A DNA stretch of 64,000 nucleotides from a virus: the IMG/VR virus record IMGVR_UViG_3300031576_000004, positions 99,303 through 163,302 of that record, one strand, 5' to 3'. The position numbers and the translations under genes were made by a program. The notes below the pieces were generated by a model. It was not told where the DNA came from. It worked only from the letters and a program-made list of their open reading frames with translations, and searched no databases. This document shows positions 7,634-14,822 of this stretch, piece after piece; within the stretch, counting starts at the first letter, position 1, and every line of letters begins with the position of its first letter.

Positions 7634-9880
7634 TTACTCTTCTCTAACCATATGGATGTTATCAGTATGCATGACACCGTTACCAGTGCCAGCCCTCGTA
7701 AACTCCTGGCGATAGCTCAGGTCATCCGTGGACTTGAGGACTACGATCCTAGTAGCCACGAACACGTTATCCACGTAGAGATCCTGGATGCCAGTAAGCG
7801 GCTGGTGATCAACATGGACCTTGTGCTGGCCTGTGGAGAGGATGATAGGATCAGGCGACCACCCACGAATACCACGAATAGCCGTTACCACATAGGTGAA
7901 TCCGTTCACCAAAGTACCAAACTGAGTATCCGGATTCGTCACACGCACGTTTACGGGACCAACCCCTTGAGCTGGTGTATCACAGAAAATCGTATTTCCA
8001 TCACCAAAGACGACATTGTCTGCCGGTGTGCTTCCGAAAAGAACTGTGCACCCAGACTGGAAATTACCAGGGTTACCATAGATCGTAACAGAAGTTCCTC
8101 CTGCTGTATCTCCAGTGTTCGGCACAACAAGCTGTGGATTAGGAGCCGGGAATGTATAAGTATAACCGTTAACAAGAGTCCCAGACTGCCCGTCAGAGTT
8201 GGTGACAACTACGTTTACCTGACCAGCCGCATGTAGAGGAGCATCGCAGGTTAGCGACCCCTCATTGAGAACCACCACATTTGTCGCAGGTGTTCCACCA
8301 AAGGAAACAGTTGGGGTCGTAAACGTCTGGAAGAATCCAGTCGGGGAATTGATAATAACCCCGAAGTGGAAGTGAGTACCATTAAGCGTTACAGGAGTAC
8401 CGCCAGAGTTTATACCTGTAGCGGGGAATGCAACCGTGACGGTGGGTGCAGCATGGTAAGCAAACACATTGGACGGAGCATTACTACCCTGACCATCTGG
8501 ATTCTGAACGAACAGGTTTACCAGACCGTCAGAGGTTGTTCCGCCTGGGCTCGGCGGCATAACCCCGGTCAGAGTCGTCGAGCTTTGAAATACTAAGCTC
8601 TGGACGTTAACCCCGTTTACTGTCGCAAAGCAACCAGACTGGAATCCGGTACCAGAAATCGTGACAGCCGTTCCGCCGACAGATGGCCCGTAGGCTGGCG
8701 AAATTGGAGCTGGGGTGTTTACCGTCGGAGCCGCATTATAAGTGTAACCGTTAATAAGCGAACCAAACTGGCTGTCTGGATTTGCTACGTTTATGGTAGC
8801 CAAACCAGATGCGTGAGCTGGCATGTTGCAAGTTATTGTGTTTGCATCCACGACGACCACGTTCGTCGCCTCTGTCCCAGGGGGCGCGAAGAATGGCTCG
8901 TCTGCGCCAATCGCAGGGGAAGACAAGCGAACATCGCCATCCATATCCTCTGTCAAACCAGCAATAGCCACACCAGCACCTATAGCTGGAGATCCTGCCA
9001 TCAAGTGCGGATTAGCAAAGCTAGTCAGCAAAGGATCCGCTGTAAACGAATTAGCTTCCTTACCTACTGCCTGGAAATCTGCAAGTGTCACATAGGCAGT
9101 TGGAGGGTCTACGTTGTGGAAGAGTTTAGCATATTGAAGAACTGGAATATTAAAAGTCAAGTTATTGGAAGCACTAAAGTTATCTGCAAGTCCAGTAGGA
9201 GTATTAGCAGAAAGAACATATATAGCGCGGTGACTAGAGTTAGAAACGATAGTGTGATAGATATTGTCCTTAAACATAGTCTTCCAAGCGTTCTCAACGC
9301 TTGAGCTTAGAACGCCAGCATAGTTCCTGACCGTGTTGCCGAAGGCTTTGAAGTTCAATACCGACACGAACGCAACGTCGCCCTCAGAAACGACCCTAGG
9401 ACGGATATAGCAGTTCCTGACTATGATTGGCTCTGTGTTAAAGTCTACACCTTCCATCGCATAGAACGCATAATGCCCGCCGTTAGTCACTACCTCCATC
9501 TGCTCGAAGATAACGTGTCTTAATAGATTAAACCCGCCCTGGAAGGAAGGAAGGGACGGATTACAGTTCTTAGTATTGAACCACTTAATTGTGACCCTGG
9601 CCGTGGAAGAGCCAATGACTCCTATGCCATTGACATTCTGGCCATCAAGAATAGAACGATTGGCATTGCTTTGCCCTCGAACTGTAAGCCTGAAAGCACC
9701 GGTATTAATTCCACCAAAAAACATAACTTCAACATTAGAGCCTGCCTGAGAAAACGTCTCACCACCGTTACAAACGATTTCCCAGTCCTCAGTGAATGGG
9801 GTGTGGTTCAGAACCAAATCAGCGATAGCTGCCTGAATGGTTGTGAACGGCTTATCTGAACCTACCAGCGACATTCCCAT
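7634..9880 (-). CDS. beta-helix (pectin-lyase-like) + half IPT + three IPT/TIG domains + 82-aa C-terminal module
   Basis: TTIQAAI start, beta-helix ending SPAIGAG..DGD.R...IGADE; IPT repeats P.SG...GGT.VTI.G..F...VTNPDGQ. Confidence 0.88.
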   Translation of the reverse strand: MGMSLVGSDKPFTTIQAAIADLVLNHTPFTEDWEIVCNGGETFSQAGSNVEVMFFGGINTGAFRLTVRGQSNANRSILDGQNVNGIGVIGSSTARVTIKWFNTKNCNPSLPSFQGGFNLLRHVIFEQMEVVTNGGHYAFYAMEGVDFNTEPIIVRNCYIRPRVVSEGDVAFVSVLNFKAFGNTVRNYAGVLSSSVENAWKTMFKDNIYHTIVSNSSHRAIYVLSANTPTGLADNFSASNNLTFNIPVLQYAKLFHNVDPPTAYVTLADFQAVGKEANSFTADPLLTSFANPHLMAGSPAIGAGVAIAGLTEDMDGDVRLSSPAIGADEPFFAPPGTEATNVVVVDANTITCNMPAHASGLATINVANPDSQFGSLINGYTYNAAPTVNTPAPISPAYGPSVGGTAVTISGTGFQSGCFATVNGVNVQSLVFQSSTTLTGVMPPSPGGTTSDGLVNLFVQNPDGQGSNAPSNVFAYHAAPTVTVAFPATGINSGGTPVTLNGTHFHFGVIINSPTGFFQTFTTPTVSFGGTPATNVVVLNEGSLTCDAPLHAAGQVNVVVTNSDGQSGTLVNGYTYTFPAPNPQLVVPNTGDTAGGTSVTIYGNPGNFQSGCTVLFGSTPADNVVFGDGNTIFCDTPAQGVGPVNVRVTNPDTQFGTLVNGFTYVVTAIRGIRGWSPDPIILSTGQHKVHVDHQPLTGIQDLYVDNVFVATRIVVLKSTDDLSYRQEFTRAGTGNGVMHTDNIHMVREE

Positions 9881-9915
9881 TTTCTATTCCTCCGTATTTC
9901 TTACGTTAAATTTAA

Positions 9916-10200
9916 TTAAGGAGCAGGAAGTGGCGCTGGCGGCGGTTGTGGCCGATCCGCAACATTTACGGACAACAGTGCCCCAGTCGTGGCCGCTGAA
10001 TCAATCGCCTTGATAAGCCCCATAAGATCATTAGCATCCTGTGACCCGAGAGTAATGTCTGGACGGTTAATCAAATCAAACAATACCTTCTCATTAACAG
10101 AAAACGATTCCTGAGCCCTCATGGCCACTGTCTTTCTGCAGTTAGCATGGGAGTTAGGAAACCAAGGCCCGGCAATCTTCGCAACCAATAGATAAGCCAT
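9916..10200 (-). CDS. small hypothetical protein preceding the beta-helix gene
   Basis: RBS GGAGAG; in operon. Confidence 0.7.
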   Translation of the reverse strand: MAYLLVAKIAGPWFPNSHANCRKTVAMRAQESFSVNEKVLFDLINRPDITLGSQDANDLMGLIKAIDSAATTGALLSVNVADRPQPPPAPLPAP

Positions 10201-10240
10201 TTACTTCTCTCCTTGTATTATCGTATTATCGTGCTGTCTT

Positions 10241-11053
10241 TTAGGCTACGAAAACCCTAGCCCCAGCAGCGAAGTTAGCTCCAGCAATTGTTACAGGAGT
10301 CCCACCAGCTACAGGGCCGGAAACCGGGACGATAGTGGCCAACGAAGGAGCTGGAGCAAGAGCCCACAGATTCGTCCCGGCCCCACCGTTCCACAGTCCT
10401 GCTCGTTCCGTTGAAGTAATAACTCTATCCCATGTTATCATCTCATCAATAACCCCATTGAAGAATGCCGAAGCCGCGTAGCTTGATCTGCCTACACGGA
10501 ATGGGGTCGTAAGAACAATCTCATCGATAAGCGATGTACTTACTCCGCTTCCAGCATCTTCCACATTGTCTACATACATTCTAAAACCGCCAGCAACACC
10601 AGCGATGAACGTGATAACTCCAAGGTGGAAGACATTGTCATTGACGGTGGCAGTCGATCCATGGATTAATACTTGATTCGCGCCTTTCTGGAAAACTGTC
10701 CGCAGGACGCCAGTATAAACAGACGCCTGGAACATGCTATCAACCGGAACGCCGAGAGGGTTCCTCTTGGAGAATATCATATCCTCAAAGAATGGATTGC
10801 TTGGTGATGCCGTTTTGAACCAAAAAGAAATAGAGAAGTTCTTCCCAATAGGGATATTCAGATTCGGCGAGCTAGCATTATCTATTGCGGCAAAGCTAGT
10901 AGAGCCATTGAATAAAGCCCCATACCCAACTTTCCCTGCCGCCTGATAGCCAACAGAAGTTGGGACAAGCGCGTGTGCTGCTACCTTTGATATAAAGTTG
11001 CCGGAAGCCTCGTCGAGCTTCCAGGCATCTATGATGTTGTCTGTAATCGGCAT
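10241..11053 (-). CDS. LamG-like lectin ending in the first half of an IPT/TIG domain
   Basis: FSISFWFK and FNGVIDEM LamG motifs; ends PVSGPVAGGTPVTIAGANFAAGARVFVA-stop. Confidence 0.87.
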   Translation of the reverse strand: MPITDNIIDAWKLDEASGNFISKVAAHALVPTSVGYQAAGKVGYGALFNGSTSFAAIDNASSPNLNIPIGKNFSISFWFKTASPSNPFFEDMIFSKRNPLGVPVDSMFQASVYTGVLRTVFQKGANQVLIHGSTATVNDNVFHLGVITFIAGVAGGFRMYVDNVEDAGSGVSTSLIDEIVLTTPFRVGRSSYAASAFFNGVIDEMITWDRVITSTERAGLWNGGAGTNLWALAPAPSLATIVPVSGPVAGGTPVTIAGANFAAGARVFVA

Positions 11054-11069
11054 TTTATGCTCCCGTTTA

Positions 11070-11327
11070 TTAGATGCCAGTGATCATAGTCGGGTAGGCG
11101 GCAACCCAAGCATCACCCCAAGCCCTGGCTTGCGCGGTAGCTTGCGCTGCGGTCAGCAGCGTCTTCGGGGCTGCGATTAACGCATTGATCTGAGCAGCGT
11201 CAAAGTCACCGGACACGACCTTCTCTGTCCCGTCAACTTTTGCCGCCCCAACGGTATAATTTGGAGCCGCCGATACATCGACATCCGGCGTATCCCCAGT
11301 AAAGTTTAGCACTGTGAAGATTGACAT
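11070..11327 (-). CDS. small LamG-associated protein
   Basis: Paralog of 7330-7608 and, more distantly, 41894-42148. Confidence 0.8.
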   Translation of the reverse strand: MSIFTVLNFTGDTPDVDVSAAPNYTVGAAKVDGTEKVVSGDFDAAQINALIAAPKTLLTAAQATAQARAWGDAWVAAYPTMITGI

Positions 11328-11338
11328 TGAATTTTCTC

Positions 11339-11962
11339 CTAGGAAGGTGACCCGTCAGAGATGACCAATGCAGCTCCGAATCCGGCAGGAGCGGAGCCGA
11401 CGGAGACCACCAACTCCACACCACTCGGAGCAGCGGGAATGTTGATATTGGTCCCGAACTCCACCCTCTTGATAACGGATTGCTTGATAGCCGTGCACTG
11501 ATGCTCCCAGGAAACCTGAGAGCCAAGGGCAGCGTTGAGAGTAGCCTTGAGAGACTTGGCCCCAATAGCCGTGGTGCCGCCGTCAGAGGCGACGACCAGC
11601 GTCCCGCCCGCAGTGTCCATCGCATTGGCAAACCCGGCCTGGAGAGGAGTCTGACCGACGGTTGCAGTCTCCATATCCACCAGACCAGTTGTCACGTTGT
11701 GCGTTTCGATTGGGTACTGAGGGAACGTCTCGTGACGGGCAACGCCACCGTTGCCATTAATGGCAGCCTGAGCATTCGCAATGCCCTGAGATGTCGTGTT
11801 TGCTGGAAGGTTTACTTCAACAGCGACCAGCTTTCCGTTGACGTCACGGATAATAGTGGAAGCGTTGTTTGGGTGCGCAGCATTAACAGCATTTTGGATC
11901 GCGGTCAGCGTTAAATCGCTTGCCTGAGCCCCAGGATCACAGATTATATTAATCTTCGGCAT
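11339..11962 (-). CDS. anchor domain plus C-terminally truncated beta-sandwich (paralog of 12139-13038)
   Basis: AAHPN..IRDVNGK...VNLP N-domain shared; stops about 90 aa earlier than the paralog. Confidence 0.85.
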   Translation of the reverse strand: MPKINIICDPGAQASDLTLTAIQNAVNAAHPNNASTIIRDVNGKLVAVEVNLPANTTSQGIANAQAAINGNGGVARHETFPQYPIETHNVTTGLVDMETATVGQTPLQAGFANAMDTAGGTLVVASDGGTTAIGAKSLKATLNAALGSQVSWEHQCTAIKQSVIKRVEFGTNINIPAAPSGVELVVSVGSAPAGFGAALVISDGSPS

Positions 11963-11982
11963 TGTCTACTCCCCTTTCTTTT

Positions 11983-12017
11983 AAAGAAAATGTGGGCGAT
12001 GTCAATATCGCCCACAT
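11983..12017 (-). terminator. intrinsic terminator
   Basis: ATGTGGGCGAT-6nt-ATCGCCCACAT hairpin followed on the minus strand by TTTCTTT. Confidence 0.7.
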
Positions 12018-12138
12018 ACTTAACACACTATTTATGTAATGTTGTGTAGTTATTGTTTGTCTTTGCATTTTATAATACGTTTATTACAAGTTCCGGCCGA
12101 GCCATGAACGCGTCTCCTAAATTCTGGCTAACTGCAGC

Positions 12139-13038
12139 CTAAGCAATACGATCCATGATCAGGTTGTCGATGTAGCTCCTCCCAGCCCCAGAAGTTCCGC
12201 TTGGGTAACGCGTGCGAGAGACATACTCCCAGATCGTTCTTGGGCTCAGTGCTCCCATGACAGTTTCCTTCAGAACGCCATCAACCCAGAGAGCGTATGT
12301 TCCAGTCATGAGATCACAATCCATATACGCTGTGTGATGCGCGCCAGCAGACATAGTATATAACGCGGAAGGCGTCCCATCCGGCGTAGTTAGATACACT
12401 CCACGGCCTACTGGAGCAGTCGGCGCGAAACCAACAGGGTAATCATGGAATGTAAGACGCATAGCACCATCCCTATCTCCAACTTCAAGTTCATTTCCGC
12501 TCTCGCTTCCAAGAGCTGGCCAGAAAACACTGTAGCCAATCCTCAGGCGCTTGAATGGCGAAGGTGTCGGAACAAAGGTGCACATCCAGCCATTGCCATC
12601 ATCCGGAGCAGAGACACAGAACTGTTCCAAGCACTTCGTTCCGGTAGCCGGATGATCTAAAGAAACCGTGTTAGAAATCGAAGCTGGGCCACCCTGAGGG
12701 CTAACTACTAGTCCCTGAGTAAGGCCCCAATCGTAAACCTCTTGAGCTAAAGGCGCGCCTTCGAAACCAGTATCTGCGAATAGGGGTACCGGCATGAACG
12801 AGGCCGATGCAGTAGCCACACCAGGATTGGCATTAATCGCAGCGGCAGCAACATCCAGATTCCCCTGTGATACGCCGAACGGAAGATTGACCTTCACCTC
12901 CACAACCTTGCCATTCACGTCACGAATGACTTCGGCGGCAAAGTTAGGATGCGCTGCGGCGGCCGCGGCCCGCACCTCATTGAGTGTCTTCTCGCTAGAC
13001 TGAGAATACGGATCAATCGGGACGTTAATAGATGGCAT
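12139..13038 (-). CDS. anchor domain plus complete ConA/CBM-like beta-sandwich
   Basis: GFE...YALWVDG...YIDNL pattern typical of lectin-like sandwiches. Confidence 0.82.
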   Translation of the reverse strand: MPSINVPIDPYSQSSEKTLNEVRAAAAAAHPNFAAEVIRDVNGKVVEVKVNLPFGVSQGNLDVAAAAINANPGVATASASFMPVPLFADTGFEGAPLAQEVYDWGLTQGLVVSPQGGPASISNTVSLDHPATGTKCLEQFCVSAPDDGNGWMCTFVPTPSPFKRLRIGYSVFWPALGSESGNELEVGDRDGAMRLTFHDYPVGFAPTAPVGRGVYLTTPDGTPSALYTMSAGAHHTAYMDCDLMTGTYALWVDGVLKETVMGALSPRTIWEYVSRTRYPSGTSGAGRSYIDNLIMDRIA

Positions 13039-13053
13039 TCTTTTTCTCCTTTT

Positions 13054-13428
13054 CTACTTTGCTAAGTTGTAATTAACTACTAGCGTATTACCGAGCTGAT
13101 TCGTAAGGATTGTAATGACTTTGCCGCCGGAAACAAAAGAGTAATCCGTGTTCAATGTTAATAGTGCTGTGGCGGCTGGAGCGCCGGTCGCAGTAACGAA
13201 AGCCATTATAGAGTTGATTGACGCCGCATTTGTCTGAAGAGTAAGCGTCCCGCTGACATTGACTCCGGCGAATGTCTCTTGGCAATCTATTAGTAGCGTC
13301 TTCCGATAAGATCTGACGGCAACTGTTTCGACATCTTCTACTACGGCAGCCATTTCATGTCTTCCGACTTTATCGTCAACATCTCTAAGAGCTCCCTTGT
13401 TGTCGAAGTAATATGCTTTGTCTTTCAT
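13054..13428 (-). CDS. putative virion structural protein
   Basis: Beta-rich, LTLNTDY motif; in structural operon. Confidence 0.7.
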   Translation of the reverse strand: MKDKAYYFDNKGALRDVDDKVGRHEMAAVVEDVETVAVRSYRKTLLIDCQETFAGVNVSGTLTLQTNAASINSIMAFVTATGAPAATALLTLNTDYSFVSGGKVITILTNQLGNTLVVNYNLAK

Positions 13429-13448
13429 TTGCCTATATCTCCGTTAAA

Positions 13449-14033
13449 TTAAACAAAGTTTATTTGAGCCGTGTCAACAACAGCAAGGCCAGATGGCGTC
13501 GGGGCGCTAAGTGTTAATGTCACCATCTGCACGACCGAGTCTTTGACTTGAACCGTTGCCTCGCCATTGGTGAATGTTACTGGCTGAGAAGTCACAATCA
13601 CTGCGCTTCCGCTAACAGAGACAGTTACCATGCTTGTATTGTTAAATGGATTTGTCACTCCAAATCCATTCGCAACCCTAACAACGACCGGCGTCAGCGT
13701 GGACCCGTCTGCTGTCCCAGAGAACGGGGAGCCATTCTCGAATAGGACTTGCGCGTCAGTTGATACAATGTAATTCAGAAGCTCGTTAAACTCGGCCTGT
13801 GTTACAGGAGAGTCTGAGTCTTGAGAGAAGCTTATGATCTGGAGTTTGCCAGCTGTAACGAGACGTTGAATTTCTTCGCTGGATGCATATGTATCCGGAA
13901 TTGTTCCGGTGTCTCCCGCAGTCCCAAATGGATTTAATTTTCTCTGAACATCCGGAGTTCCAAGCGGAGCCCCAGCTGCACGTCGTTCGATAAGAACGAT
14001 CTTTCCTGCTGTTAAGTTTTTTACTGTTGCCAT
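13449..14033 (-). CDS. virion decoration protein, shared N-terminal anchor + Ig-like domain
   Basis: VKNLT...SEEIQRLVTAGKL anchor; ADG..TV.V...TF.NG.A Ig-like segment. Confidence 0.75.
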   Translation of the reverse strand: MATVKNLTAGKIVLIERRAAGAPLGTPDVQRKLNPFGTAGDTGTIPDTYASSEEIQRLVTAGKLQIISFSQDSDSPVTQAEFNELLNYIVSTDAQVLFENGSPFSGTADGSTLTPVVVRVANGFGVTNPFNNTSMVTVSVSGSAVIVTSQPVTFTNGEATVQVKDSVVQMVTLTLSAPTPSGLAVVDTAQINFV

Positions 14034-14042
14034 TTTTACTCC

Positions 14043-14537
14043 TTAGGCGATAACGGTATAGCTAAACACTTCAGCGCCAGCCGCCATGCCTGGGGTTGAC
14101 ACAGCAAAGCTAACCCCAGGAACTATGCCGCCAATGCCGGCGAACGCTCCAGGAGGAGTCGAAAGAAGAATGGCCGCAGAAGCGTTCTGCGCAAACAGGA
14201 AGATCTTTGATCCTGCAGCGATGTTAGCCGCTGGGACAACAGACACGGGACCTGGTGTAGCCATAAAAGAACCGCGGATAACAGCCCTGTTAAATTCGTC
14301 CTGGCCGAAATCGCTGTCAGCGGCTGTGCTGTAAGAAAGGATTGCTAGCTTGCCTGCGGTTACAAGATTGGTGATCTCTGTTGAGCGGGCGAAGGAGTCC
14401 GGAATCGTTCCAGTATCTCCTGGCGCTCCAAAAGCAGTAAGCCGAACTTCAACATCAGGAGTTCCAACTGGAGATCCTAGCGGCCTACGCTCGATTAAAG
14501 CCAATGTGCCAGTGGTCAGGTTCTGTACGCTTGCCAT
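14043..14537 (-). CDS. virion decoration protein (paralog of 13449-14033)
   Basis: Shared ~85-aa N-terminus. Confidence 0.75.
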   Translation of the reverse strand: MASVQNLTTGTLALIERRPLGSPVGTPDVEVRLTAFGAPGDTGTIPDSFARSTEITNLVTAGKLAILSYSTAADSDFGQDEFNRAVIRGSFMATPGPVSVVPAANIAAGSKIFLFAQNASAAILLSTPPGAFAGIGGIVPGVSFAVSTPGMAAGAEVFSYTVIA

Positions 14538-14588
14538 TTAAATCCTCCCTTAAGAAAGAAGTTTATTTTCTGGCTTTTGCCAGACAAC

Positions 14589-14617
14589 AATATACCGGAC
14601 GCTTCAGTTTGACGCAA
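14589..14617 (-). promoter_or_regulatory. possible sigma70-like promoter TTGCGT-N17-TATATT
   Basis: Consensus-like elements with 17-nt spacer upstream of 14537. Confidence 0.35.
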
Positions 14618-14822
14618 CACCATTCTCCCTGCTAGGAACATCGTCTTCTATGAAAGCCGTGTCTACATAACGAATAATGACGTTAGCCTCGCCGCGGTTG
14701 GTGTGGAATACCTCTTCTTTAAGTATTTTAATAGATGGGTCGTTTACGAGCTTTTCGTACTCGGCTCTGCCAAGGGATGAATCCAGGGACAGCTTTATGA
14801 TCGACTTTTTCCCAATCATCAT
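14604..14822 (-). CDS. hypothetical protein
   Basis: ATGA-coupled to the glycosyltransferase. Confidence 0.65.
   Translation of the reverse strand: MMIGKKSIIKLSLDSSLGRAEYEKLVNDPSIKILKEEVFHTNRGEANVIIRYVDTAFIEDDVPSRENGVASN

Noticed and set aside
6200-7882. Duplicated 82-codon segments as a DGR template/variable repeat pair
   Set aside because: Differences are largely synonymous and not adenine-specific, both copies are coding, and the RT is retron-type and 30 kb away
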